Shown piece after piece: positions 24,069-34,648 of a DNA stretch of 64,000 nucleotides (the stretch's first letter is position 1; each line of letters begins with the position of its first letter). Both the position numbers and the translations under genes were made by a program. The notes beneath the pieces are model-generated. The model was not told the DNA's origin, did not search any database, and worked only from the letters and a program-made list of their open reading frames with translations. This stretch comes from an uncultured delta proteobacterium. Lineage in GTDB: Bacteria; Desulfobacterota; Binatia; UBA9968. The stretch covers positions 256,001 through 320,000 of the forward strand of contig CAWDPO010000046.1 in the NCBI GenBank assembly GCA_963804165.1, in the 5' to 3' direction.

Positions 24069-25046
24069 CTACCTGTAGTGGGATTTCGTGATAGGCCGAC
24101 TGTGAATTCCTCTGATTATTCCCGGGATCTCCAGCCCATGAATCATTATGGCATAAAAGATCAACGCAGGAACCTGATACCATCGAATTCCATAGTCGCG
24201 GTAAAAGAGAAGGCTCTTCCACCAGCTCTGCAATAAGCTTCCGCCAAAGATCAGCGGAACGGAAAGATAGCCAAGACGTCCAAGGACGGCAAACGGCACG
24301 TTGGAGTCTAGCTTGCGGGTGACTATCCGTGCGTAGCCTTTGTGGCGTCGAATGTCCCGCTCCATGTGCCAACCATAGTAGGCGTGGGTGACGCGCGCCC
24401 GAGGCTCGAAAAAGAGCCGGCCGCCGTCGCGCATGATCGCTTCGGCATGCATTCGCGAAGCGAACGGTCCTGCGTTCAAGGGCAGTGGATGCGCGAGCAA
24501 TACGGACCGACGAAACGCGGCGTTGTTATTGGAGATGGTTTCAGTATGGGCAGATCTAAAGCGGTCTACGTAGGCACGTTCGAGAAGAGCGGAGCAACGC
24601 TCGATCAGATTTCGGCCTTCATACATTGTTCTTCCGCTAACGACCGCAGGTTGAGATGGCAATCGCATCGTCTGGACCATGTGACGAAGCCAGTCCGGCG
24701 CCGGCGCACAGTCTGCGTCGAGCAAAATTACGAAATCGGCCCGAGCTACACTGGCGGCCTCACTTTTTAGGGCATACTGCAATTCTTGTAGAGAAAGGAT
24801 GATTTTCAGCCGGGGTAGAATTTGGCTTAGATCCGGCGGAATGTGATCTTTGTGTTTCACATTTTCAAGAAAGATAAACTCTGCGGGCTCGGCAAAGTCC
24901 TGTGCCGCAAGCCTTCGGAGAGTAGCCCTCAAGTCATTCCATGCTAGGGATGATCCCACTTTGTAGTCGGAGATGACGACAACGCTGGCGACTGGTTTTA
25001 CTGTGGGGTCCATGTTTTTCCCGGCCCATTCTTTAGTAGCGTCCAT
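24069..25046 (-). CDS. Glycosyltransferase family 2 protein
   Basis: ARADFVILLDADC..PDWL DxD motif, NNAAFRR, C-terminal hydrophobic helices. Confidence 0.8.
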   Translation of the reverse strand: MDATKEWAGKNMDPTVKPVASVVVISDYKVGSSLAWNDLRATLRRLAAQDFAEPAEFIFLENVKHKDHIPPDLSQILPRLKIILSLQELQYALKSEAASVARADFVILLDADCAPAPDWLRHMVQTMRLPSQPAVVSGRTMYEGRNLIERCSALLERAYVDRFRSAHTETISNNNAAFRRSVLLAHPLPLNAGPFASRMHAEAIMRDGGRLFFEPRARVTHAYYGWHMERDIRRHKGYARIVTRKLDSNVPFAVLGRLGYLSVPLIFGGSLLQSWWKSLLFYRDYGIRWYQVPALIFYAIMIHGLEIPGIIRGIHSRPITKSHYR

Positions 25047-25410
25047 TATGCACCCCGAGAGCCTAACGTACGCGAACTATACTAGCCTTGTAAGTCTTTG
25101 TCACCTATCCGCTCTATTCCTCCACGGCCCATTTCCGAAGTGCGGGAATCGTCCGCTAGTTCAATTCGTAATAGCGCGGGAACGGAATAAAGGGGTTGTG
25201 AGTCTTTAATGTCTCCCTCTGGGAGGGTTGAATCCTTCGCCCTCAGGCGAAGTGAAAGTTTGTCATGCGGGGGAACGCCGACGATAAAGAAAGTCGGATG
25301 CGAATAGTTCTTTCTCATTCACATTTCCTTAAATGGTCCGGCAAGGCAAAATAAAAAATCGAAATGTTTGGCGTCTGAAACATTCCATCCGAACTATTGG
25401 GGTCATACCG

Positions 25411-26439
25411 TCACTTCCCCAAGAGATTCTTCATCCTATCGATGGTCTCTCGATCTGAGGTGGTGACTTCTTTAGCGAGAGTCTCCAACTCCTCGCCGCT
25501 CGTCGGATCTATCTCTAGCTTTTTCTTCTTGACGTCGGCCACGACGTCAGCATCGCCGAGGGTCTTTGAGAAAGCCTCGCGCAGGATCTTCACCCGATCT
25601 GGTGGGACGCCTGGAGTCGTAACGATGGGCCGGCCGAATTCGCCGGCAGCCAACACCAGGGTCGCCAAACGCCGGGTCGCTTGGGGCGTCTTATATTCGT
25701 CCATCAATTCGTAGACGGTCGGTACGTCGGCCATTCTCGGATCGCGTTTTTTGCCGGTCTGAACCAGGACTCGAACGAACCCCTTTTTGCGCCAAGTATG
25801 GAACGGCTCACGGGCGAAGAAGCTCGTGACGGTAAAAGCTCGGCAGTGTACCTCTCCTCTTTCCACCGCCAGATCGATTTCTTGTCCGCCTTGGTATCCG
25901 GTGACGATGTTAAACTTAGTGCCGATCGCTTCATTTAAAAGCAGCATGAAGGCATGGGCGAGCCCGCCAGTCCCGGTGGAGCCGCACTTGGGCGGGTCCG
26001 AAGCCTTGGTCACGTCATGGATGGTTTTGAAAGGAGTATCCGCGCGCATATAGAGCAGATTGTACGAACGTTCAAAGCTTCCCAGCCAAGTAAACTTGGC
26101 CCAGTCGAACTGAACCTCCTTTCTGCCGATCAACTGATCGAAATAAAGCGCCGGCAAGAAAATGGCGAAAGTTAAACCGTCCGGCTTGGCGACGTTATAA
26201 ACATAGTTAGCGGCGGTCATGGTGGATGCGCCGGGCATGTTTTGAACGATGATGTTGGGATTTCCTGGAATATACTTGCCCATGTGCTCGGCCAAGATGC
26301 GCGCATAGATATCGTACACGTCGCCCGCGGGGAGTCCCACGATAATTCTTATTGTCTTTCCCGCGAAGAACTGAGTCTGAGCTTGAACGTTGGACACCCA
26401 TAGAAAGAAAAACGTGAACGCGACAGCGATTTTCTTCAT
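25411..26439 (-). CDS. TctC/Bug-family binding protein
   Basis: FFAGKTI, NMPGA, KPDGLT, GYQGG, ERGEV, PGVP. Confidence 0.9.
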   Translation of the reverse strand: MKKIAVAFTFFFLWVSNVQAQTQFFAGKTIRIIVGLPAGDVYDIYARILAEHMGKYIPGNPNIIVQNMPGASTMTAANYVYNVAKPDGLTFAIFLPALYFDQLIGRKEVQFDWAKFTWLGSFERSYNLLYMRADTPFKTIHDVTKASDPPKCGSTGTGGLAHAFMLLLNEAIGTKFNIVTGYQGGQEIDLAVERGEVHCRAFTVTSFFAREPFHTWRKKGFVRVLVQTGKKRDPRMADVPTVYELMDEYKTPQATRRLATLVLAAGEFGRPIVTTPGVPPDRVKILREAFSKTLGDADVVADVKKKKLEIDPTSGEELETLAKEVTTSDRETIDRMKNLLGK

Positions 26440-26560
26440 GGAATAATCTCCTTCCTTGCGGTCACCGGAAAACCAACGGGGAGAACCAACACTGTCAAGT
26501 TTTTGATTCTGCTATTCGCACACAACATCAGTCGTAATCGACGGGATCTGGGAGAGATAA

Positions 26561-26992
26561 TCATTTTTTCTTGCCGGGTTCCGCTTGGTAACCTTGTTCT
26601 TTCCACTTGCTGACGGGACAAAATGTTGTGCTGGTGAATCCGAGGTCTTCGGCTAGCTTCGCAGCCTGCGAGCTTGATGCTCCGGTGCCTCACGTGAAGA
26701 CGATGTAGGTATCCTTGGAAATCTTTTTCAGATAACCCTCGAGCTGATCCAAGGGAACGTTGATGGCGTCGGGGATGGTTTCTTTTTCAAAATTGGCCGG
26801 CGGTCGGACGTCGATGATCATCACCGTGCCGGCATCAAGTTGCTTCTTGAGCTCGTCGGCCGGCGTCGGTTTGGCGCCGACGGCCCATCTCGTTTTCGGA
26901 TCTACCTCATATTTGCGCTGTTGTTGGGCGAAGGACGACGCGGCAAAGAGTAAAAGTGAGGCAATGGCTAGCTCCACGATCAACGATTTCAT
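26561..26992 (-). CDS. Exported rhodanese-like sulfurtransferase, probable selenoprotein (UGA at 26690-26692 read as Sec)
   Basis: Signal peptide; IIDVR..F..TIPDAINVP; read-through gives YIVFT-U-GTGASSSQAAKLAEDLGF..WKEQGY, completing the rhodanese fold to a TGA at 26561. Confidence 0.85.
26651..26689 (-). promoter_or_regulatory. Candidate bacterial SECIS hairpin
   Basis: 3' of the UGA: AGC-UCGC-AGGCU-GCGA-AGCU stem-loop with G in the apical loop about 23 nt from the UGA. Confidence 0.65.
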
Positions 26993-27109
26993 AAATTCTC
27001 CTTTTCAAAGGATCGTTTGGATGGGCGCAGGCTAACCGGAAAAGCTTGCCGTCGTCAATCCCGGGCGTGGTAAGACGCGTCCCTAATTCGAGCCGGGCTT
27101 TTGAAGGGT

Positions 27110-27125
27110 TGGTGCCGGGGGCGGG
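27110..27125 (-). other. tRNA 3'-end-like fragment (possible att remnant)
   Basis: Minus strand reads CCCGCCCCCGGCACCA, like a tRNA-Leu 3' end with CCA; no T-loop or rest of the tRNA. Confidence 0.35.
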
Positions 27126-27529
27126 CCTAAATCTGGATTCTATCTCAGGTAGTTCGTGGGGTCATCGGCGGACGAAAATTTCGGGCGAAATTCCAAATTG
27201 CAGCCACTGATGATCTTCGAACGTGTTCAACGACGTCGACCGTTTGGTAGCACTGGATCGGGTAATTGTCGTGTTGAAAAAACCTGGGCCGGTGGAGGCG
27301 ACGATGAAGTGGGGCGGTCGTCTGAAGCGAACAAGGAAAGACTCTCGCCCCCTTTGGTCTTTTAGGATTAAAGGGATGAATCAGCCGCAGCGTACTTCAA
27401 TGAAATTCCTCTTTATGGCTGCCGCGGCGTGAGCGAAGTCTTGGTTCGGGTAACCATTCTTGAAGTGTCAGTGCAGTATGATCACCAGGACAAAGAGAAC
27501 AGCCTCCGTTCTGGACTCGAAGGGGGATA

Positions 27530-28036
27530 TCACTTTCGAAGTCGACAAGACCTCCGCAGGTGCATATCGACTCCGTGATCATGCAGATTTTGTGGCGTGA
27601 AACTTGTCTCCTCGTAACCACCGTCACGGGTTTCGTATTTAACCACTACCGACTGAATAGTCCACCTTATATCAAAGGCTACGGCTCTATTTCTATCCAA
27701 ATAGTCACCGAGTACACGCAGGCCTGCCGAAAGCTTGTGAGCGTCCAGATCGTCGCTTGAACCTCGTCTTGACCGTCCCTGAGTTTCTAACCGGGTAGTG
27801 TCGGAGTTGGTATAGACTAGAAGTTCCGGGGACCGTTGGGGCGTTGAAACCATTTGATCGGAATCGCCCCTTCCCCAAACCTCACCAGTGACACTCTTTA
27901 GAAAGCTTGGTTCCCAGTTATGCACAACGTATTTTTCGCCAGTTTTTTTTAATGCGAAAGCCTTAATGCGGAGCACCTCTAATGCCTGCCCGATGACTCT
28001 AAGAGATTGGGAGTATGATTTAGTGGTAGGTGCCAT
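27530..28036 (-). CDS. Hypothetical protein, two-repeat family (paralog of 6514-7197)
   Basis: LRVIGQALE / LRVLGDYLD repeats; C-terminal MHLRRS vs MYMRRS in 6514. Confidence 0.8.
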   Translation of the reverse strand: MAPTTKSYSQSLRVIGQALEVLRIKAFALKKTGEKYVVHNWEPSFLKSVTGEVWGRGDSDQMVSTPQRSPELLVYTNSDTTRLETQGRSRRGSSDDLDAHKLSAGLRVLGDYLDRNRAVAFDIRWTIQSVVVKYETRDGGYEETSFTPQNLHDHGVDMHLRRSCRLRK

Positions 28037-28217
28037 CAATAGCCGATCCCCGCCGTATAGAAAGCAATTTGTTTGAATTTGCGAGAAGGCCAGCAACCGC
28101 GGAAGCAAATAGCGTTCTTCAAATCAGTCACGCAGCTTGCCATCTGGGCGCGCAGTTTCCCGCAGAACGTAACAGAGTAATTGGCACAAAATAGAAGAAT
28201 CAGCACGTTGTCTCGAA

Positions 28218-29251
28218 TTACATCCCAGACGTTTTGTCTCGAACCAGGCGCTGAACGTAACATAGACTGTCTCTTGAGTCGAAAACATTCTGGCCGCAAG
28301 TGACTGTTCCCTGGAGCTTACCTGGGCCCGGGAATGCGTCGTCGGTGTTATTGCCTTTGTCGGGACAAAAGCTGCGCCCAATCTGTGATGTTCTGGCACT
28401 GGGTTAAGTTGCCGCCATTTTTTATCACCGGAATCAAGTAGCAACGATTACGGGTCGGCTTTGAACATCGGCTTGAGGTGGCCATTAACGATCGTTTCAT
28501 TCACACCGTTTGCGACATTTCCACAATAGCCAACATCGATTGCGGGCTGGCCCGCGCAATAAGGCAGCTTTTCGAACAGGGCGCGAACCTCATCGCGTGC
28601 TGGCGTTGTCTATTTGATAAGTTTCCCAGCCGCCGGTGCTATTGCCTCCCGACTGGAAATCCAAAATTACAGTCACGATTCGGGCCTTTGCAGAGACCTT
28701 CCACGACTACGATCGGCAGTCCGGGAAGCGCCTGGTTCACAGCAACGGCGCTGACGCTCACATCGGCTGTCGTTCTAGCTGGCTTGCCCAAACAAATTGA
28801 GCAGTGGCGTCAAGAACAGCGGGGATTTCATGGCTTTCGCAGCGCTTCCGCCGTAGGGGTTGGTATTTTCTAATGCCACTCGAGCTCCGTTCGCATTGTT
28901 GATGTTGACTCCTGACGTGGTAAATTCGCCGGTCCCGTTGTCATATTTCACGAGGGTCACGTTCTTTTGATCGATTTGATTGTTAGGACTGTCGAGATAA
29001 TTGTTTCCGGTGCCGGGATTTGTTCCGCCGGGGTTAAACTTTGCCGCTCGGTCTGTAACTGTCGACCAGTTTCCACTCGGGATTGCCGATGCGGCAGCCA
29101 GCGCCGCCGCATCCACGGCCGGCTGACCCTGAGATCGCACATAGGCCAGATGTCCTGTGTCTAATCCCATGCCGACCATGATCAAGAGCAAAACAATCAT
29201 CAGAGTCATGAAGACGAGCGCATAGCCTTGTTGATTTTTTAACGGCTGCAT
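28218..29251 (-). CDS. tadG: TadG-like Flp pilus minor pilin (at least five apparent +1 frameshifts)
   Basis: QQG-YALVFM prepilin-like N-terminus, GLDTGH, Q.AVDAAALAAA; reconstructed C-terminus ...SVSAVA...GGW...YLIPVI...RLVRDKTSGM* ends at 28218. Confidence 0.75.
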
Positions 29252-29267
29252 ATAAGCCTCCATTGAC

Positions 29268-29786
29268 CTAAGCGGAATAGGGTCCGTAACTGGTCGGAGT
29301 CGTGCAATAATTATTATTTATGTAGGGCTGATATTTGTAGTGCATTTGCGTTCCCCGAGAGATCGTCAGAGTGTTTGGAGCGCTACCGCCAAACAATCGT
29401 ATTAACTGATACATGAAAAATTTGTATTGACCCTGTGCCTTCACTTCGACAAATTCCATACAGGCCGTTCCCGTGTAAAATGTCACCGTGACGGTCTTGT
29501 TTGTCAGGTAGGCTGGCAATCGGCTAATGACTTCTGTTTTCACCGTATCGGCTTCAGCCGAGCTAAAGATTAGGTTGGGAACGTTGCCGCTCTTTTGAAG
29601 TCCGCTGCCGATGCGCGCTCCCTCCCGAGCCGCGGTCTGAATCAGGTTACCCATAAAAAACGAAACACCGAAATCGACGGGTATATACAACGCAATCAGC
29701 AAGAGCGGAGTAATGAGCGAAATCTCGACGATTCCCTGACCTCTTTGATTATTGCGCATCGATCCATTTTCACTCACAGCGTTCAT
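29268..29786 (-). CDS. tadE: TadE-family pseudopilin
   Basis: RGQGIVEISL, DFG, AAREGARIG. Confidence 0.9.
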   Translation of the reverse strand: MNAVSENGSMRNNQRGQGIVEISLITPLLLIALYIPVDFGVSFFMGNLIQTAAREGARIGSGLQKSGNVPNLIFSSAEADTVKTEVISRLPAYLTNKTVTVTFYTGTACMEFVEVKAQGQYKFFMYQLIRLFGGSAPNTLTISRGTQMHYKYQPYINNNYCTTPTSYGPYSA

Positions 29787-29831
29787 TGGTTGGCCCTCCC
29801 TGTTTTCGCTCGTTCACTTCGAACTCACGCG

Positions 29832-30362
29832 TTAGCATCCCGCTTGCGCCTCCCACCTCATGCGTGTTTGACGCGTGATCGGCGTATCGTTTAAGTTTCC
29901 TGAGACGCCCACCCAATGGAGGAGCTGGTAGAAAAAGAAGTGGTAGGTTCCGGATACCGCGACTGTCACCATCCGGTTGCAATTTGTTCCTATATCAGGA
30001 TCTAGGTTCACCGTGATCGTCGCGGCTGGAAGGAGCGCCGCCGAAATCCTTCCTGCGGTTTCCTTAAATATGTTTCCTGTACAAGAAGGCACGACGCAGC
30101 TGGTCGTTCCGCTAACGAGCGTGCGATCGGCCGACGCGATTCTGGCTCCTTCACGCGCGGCGTTCTGAGCGAGCTGCCCCGTATAGAACGCAAGCCCAAA
30201 ATCTGCCGGTATCCAGGCGACAATCAGCAGGATTAGAAACGTCAGCGTGAACTCGACCACGGCTTGGCCTGACGAACCGGTTAAACCCATTAGACCCTTT
30301 CGACTTAGAAGCGGGGAAGATGAATCAAGTGACATCTTTCGAACTCCTTCTGCTTTCCGCAC
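29832..30362 (-). CDS. tadE: TadE-family pseudopilin (start uncertain)
   Basis: SGQAVVEFTL, DFG, AAREGARIAS. Confidence 0.9.
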   Translation of the reverse strand: MRKAEGVRKMSLDSSSPLLSRKGLMGLTGSSGQAVVEFTLTFLILLIVAWIPADFGLAFYTGQLAQNAAREGARIASADRTLVSGTTSCVVPSCTGNIFKETAGRISAALLPAATITVNLDPDIGTNCNRMVTVAVSGTYHFFFYQLLHWVGVSGNLNDTPITRQTRMRWEAQAGC

Positions 30363-30408
30363 ATTTATTGTTTTGCTACTGTCGCCCGCTGTGATTGAGC
30401 AACACTGT

Positions 30409-30424
30409 TGCTATTTACGGGCCG
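30409..30424 (-). promoter_or_regulatory. Possible sigma-54 promoter of the tadE-tadE-tadG cassette
   Basis: Minus strand CGGCCCG-TAAA-TAGCA keeps GG-N10-GC spacing but has three mismatches to consensus. Confidence 0.35.
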
Positions 30425-30856
30425 TGAGACAGCGATGACGAAACCGACATTCGAATTGACATTGCCGTCATTGCGCCGTCCGATTTCGTGTAGAGAGACC
30501 TGGCGGACGAACAGAATTGCTCTGTTCATTTCTGGCAAAACTAAATGGCAAAAGACTTTTGCGGCAAAGCGTGATGTGAATAGGAAGAAACTGGGATGCT
30601 CGTAGTCAATTCGTGTTGATAGTTCTTTTGGGAGTATGTCAGGTGCTTAAACGTCAAGACATGACGTGCAGGAGATTGCAGTGCGATCAGGCGGCGTCTA
30701 CGACGACTCCAGAAGAACAGCAAAGCATTCAAACCCCACGGTCAAAGAGAAATGCTGCGCCTAAGGGTTTGGGATGTTAAAAGTCCGAGCACTGCTGGAG
30801 TTCCCTTTATTTTTGGGAACAATGTGAGAGAAAAAATATACTTGTATGACTTTATG

Positions 30857-31289
30857 TCAGTCCTTCTTCATCGACACGCGCCCATCTTCCTGTATCGTCC
30901 AAAAAGGGTTGTAGGCAATCTCCCACGTATGGCCGTCCGGGTCGGAAAAATAGCCGGAGTATCCACCCCAAAAGGCTTTCTGCGGTTTTTTGACGATGGT
31001 TACGCCGTGGTTTTCTAGCCGAGCGAAGATTGCATCGGTTTCCTCTTCGCTTCGGACATTGTGAACGAGGGAGTAACCTCGGTAGGCAGGGACCGTGTTG
31101 GCCGTGATGCCGATGTCTTTCGCCAGCTCATCGTGTGGCCACAGGGCGAGGACAACTCCGTTCAGATCAAAAAGGACAACCCCAGGCGGGCTTGATTCTG
31201 CCTTCCAACCGACGATGCGCTCGTAGAAAGCGACGGCTGCGTTGCAGATCAGCGACACCGAGCGTGATTAGGCTTAATCGTTGTTCCAT
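30857..31289 (-). CDS. VOC/glyoxalase family protein (frameshift at about 31230)
   Basis: MEQRLSLITLGVADL in one frame joins FYE..FWGGYSGYFSDPDGHTWEIAYNP. Confidence 0.85.
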
Positions 31290-31312
31290 AAGTCCTCCTA
31301 AATAAGCCTATC

Positions 31313-32148
31313 CTAGTCGTCGTCGCAGTCGTCGGTATTGAACAAATCGGACATCGCGAGGGTGCTGCCAACGCGGGTCAACAACGTTTGTGTTGTCGCA
31401 TCTGCGAGCTCGCGAAACTCACGGCACATGTGGGCCTGGTCCGCGTAGCCTGCCGCGCAAGCTAGGTCCGCGAGATTTTGTTGTACCAGGTCAGTGACCG
31501 AAGAATAATTTAGCAATCGTTGAAACCGCATGATGCGTTGGAAGGTCTTTGGTCCGTAGCCGACCGCTGCGACAAAACGTCGCTGCAACTGCCGGTCGCT
31601 TATACCGATCAATCGAGCGAGATCGAGTACTCGTCCTGCCTGGTGTCGTGCGAGCCATGGGATCGCGAATCGAATCGCGGGATCGGGATCAGGTGCGACC
31701 GCCAGACGATTCGCCAGTGCGGTTGTGATGTCGCGGAGTTTGGCGGACTCCGATTGGTGATTGAACGGTCTATCCGTCAGTGTTTCGCGTGAATGGGCCA
31801 GATATCAGCCAACGGCACATCTTGGTTTAACATCTCATTTGCCGGCAGACCAAGCGAGCTCGCGGCACAACCGGGCCTAAACCGGATGCCGATAAGGCTC
31901 GTTCCCACAAATAATTGGACAACGATGCGGCACGTCGCCGGTCCCGCGACGATGGGCGCGGCTCTGCCGATCCAGACGATATCCACGCAACCGTCCGGTA
32001 GCACTGGGTGATGGTGATATTCACCCGCGCTCCCGTCTATGTTTTGCGTCCATACGCAGACGAGACGGTCGGAGAGCGACGGCGGAGGCGAAAACTCGTG
32101 ATACCGTGAGCTTGTGTGTGCGGTCACTTCGGTTCTCGTGTTACTCAT
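31313..32148 (-). CDS. AraC-family regulator with DUF6597-like N-domain (frameshifted)
   Basis: VLPDGCVDIVW and GIRFRPG in the N-part; SDRQLQRRF..GYGPK..GYADQAH in the HTH part. Confidence 0.82.
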
Positions 32149-32338
32149 ATCGAGTCCCTGATTCGAGTTAAGCTTATTCTAGTCTTCAATATAATAATTT
32201 ATACGAGAGAGAGCATGGAAACCATTGGGCGTGATCGTGCTCTTGAAAGCAGCAGATCTGATTGAACTTACTTTGCGAGTCGTACGCGATGGGCTAAATG
32301 CCTCGCCACTTCTTAATTTCTGGTCTATATTCGCTCCT

Positions 32339-33815
32339 ATGAAACACGCAATCGATCCTGAAGGCCTCCGGCTGCCAATCAAACTGGATACGACTTCGAA
32401 CGGGGAGTTCGAGCCCGTCCTTTTGTCGCCAGCCAACCGCGCCGGCAACCGTCTGGCGCACGAGGCGTCGAGCGAGTACGCGAAGCGCTTGGGCGTGAGC
32501 CGCCGCGATTTTCTGGTTTCGGCGTGCGGCGCGGCGAGCGCGTCTGCTCGCTTTCAATGCGGCCAACGCCGCAGCGGGGAAGCGCGGCGGATTTTTCGAG
32601 CTCGAAAGCGAAGCCGCGCTCGAGCCGCAGCTCGCGCAGGCGCGAGTCGGCGGCAAGGGTGAATTTATCTTCGACGTGCAGGGGCACTTCGTCGATCCGA
32701 CCGGCGCGTGGGTCAAGACGGCGCCGGCCGATGCATTCAAGTGGTCGCCCAAAGCGGGCTGCGGCCTCGCCGCCAAACCCGGCGCGCGCAGCCATCTCCA
32801 TTGTCTCGGACCGGAGGAATTCGTCAAAGACGTTTTTCTCGACAGCGACACCGACATGATGGTGCTCTCGTTCGTGCCCTCGCGCCGTGACGCCGAACCA
32901 CTGACGATCCAGGCGGCGGATGCAGTGCGCCGAATCGTCGACCGCATGGAAGGTACCCATCGGCTGTTGCTCCACGGCCGGATCAATCCGAATCAACCGG
33001 GTGATCTCGAGTCGATGGATGAGCTGCAAGAGCGCTGGAAAGTTAGCGCGTGGAAGACCTACACCCAGTGGGGCGTGGACGGCAAGGGCTTCTTCCTGTC
33101 AGACGACGTCGGTACGCGCTTCATCGAGAAGGCGCGCGCGCTCGGCGTAAAAGTGATCTGCGTGCACAAGGGACTGCCGTTTGGCAGGCAGTCCTACGAG
33201 CACAGCCAATGCAGCGACATCGGCGTTGTCGCCAAGCGCTTCCCGGACGTAAGCTTTCTCGTCTATCACTCGGGGTTCGTCACCGGCGTTTCCGAGCGCG
33301 CTTACACCGGGCGCGGCGCGAACGATGGTATCGACACACTCATCCGCTCGCTGGTCGAGAACGGCGTGAAACCGAACAGTAACGTTTTCGCCGAGCTCGG
33401 CAGTACGTGGCGCTTTTTGATGCGCGATCCCACGAGCGCGGCCCATGCCCTCGCTAAGCTCATCAAGTATTGCGGCGAGAACAACGTGTTGTGGGGCACG
33501 GACTCGATCTGGTACGGCTCACCGCAGGACCAGATCCAGGCGTTTCGCGTTTTCCAGATCGCGCCCGAGCTGCGCGCGATGTACGGCTACCCCGAGATCA
33601 CCTCGACGCTGCGCGCTAAGATTTTTGGCTTGAACGCAGCCCGGGTTTACGCCATAAGTGCCGACGAAGTGAAGAAGCACACACGGGCGGACGGCGTCGC
33701 CCGCGAGCGCCACGCCTATCGCGAGCACCCTGAGCCGCACTATCTCACCTATGGGCCAAAAACCCGGAGAGAGTTTTTAAATCTGCTGCGCTGGAACGGC
33801 GGATCGCGGACTTAA
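32339..33815 (+). CDS. Amidohydrolase with twin-arginine-like motif (frameshift at about 32540)
   Basis: SRRDFL motif; FDVQGH, CVHKG, VYHSG, LWGTDSIW, IFGLNAA. Confidence 0.85.
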
Positions 33816-33828
33816 CAGACTCGGAGTG

Positions 33829-33911
33829 CGTTCAAAACGTTCAAGCCGTTCAAATCGTTCAAAACGTCTGGAACGGAAGCGCGTTCAATGTTCAAGGTTC
33901 AACCGTTCAAG
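33829..33911 (+). repeat. 9-bp tandem repeat cluster (CGTTCAA family)
   Basis: About eight GTTCAA units plus one inverted GGAACG unit. Confidence 0.78.
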
Positions 33912-34052
33912 GACCGGACAGGGATGGATGATTCCATTCGTCCATTCCGCATGAACGGCTGGGGATGACGACGCGAGGTTTAGCAAGCTGGAACGCTTTC
34001 GAGTCGCGCCTAGCGAGCGATTCGCGAAGCGCATTTTCGCGCACGGGACTAA

Positions 34053-34545
34053 TCAATAAATACCGAGAACTAGGCCGGCGGCGAGGGTGGCGCCGATCTC
34101 TTCGCAGCGCGTTAAATCGTAATCGCCGATCTGCTTTGGCGCAAGAATCTCTGCCGGCGTCTGGGCGTAGGTGCAGACGATGACGGGATCTGCGATTTTT
34201 TTCAAACGCAAGCCGGTTGCAATGCGTTCGATCTGGCGAGCGGCGTTTTCGCCGTCGCTGCCGGCGCAGATCAGGGTTGCGTAGGGACGTCCGTTTATGC
34301 GGTCGAGGACGGGATAGTAGGTGCGGTCGAAGAAGTCTTTCATCATGCCGGACATCATGGCGAGATTTTCCGGCGTCGCGAAGATGTAAGCGTCGGCTTC
34401 GAGCAGCTCGTCCGCGCCGGCTTCGCCGGCGTGAATGAAGTTGACTTCGACGTCGGGTTCAGAGCCGGCACCCGCTGGCGGCGGCTTGGGCCATTTGATG
34501 GGTGCCGCCGGTTTTGGAGTGAAAGACAATTAGAAGTTTCTTCAT
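34053..34545 (-). CDS. Flavodoxin-family protein (frameshift at about 34475)
   Basis: MKKLLIVFHSKTGGTHQMA joins FATPENLA.MSGMMKDFFDR..CAGSDG. Confidence 0.85.
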
Positions 34546-34648
34546 CGGGATTATTATTTAATCACAACAGCGCGGAAACATCTCAACGACAGAACCGTGA
34601 TTTCAAAAGATGCAAGTCGGGAGTTCGAAGCACTCTTGAAAAAATTGT

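Noticed and set aside
28036-28444. Separate small ORFs 28036-28299 and 28124-28444
   Set aside because: They overlap the frameshifted tadG C-terminus, which reads coherently to a TAA at 28218
33829-33911. CRISPR array in the GTTCAA repeats
   Set aside because: Units are about 9 bp, contiguous, without unique spacers, and no cas genes are present
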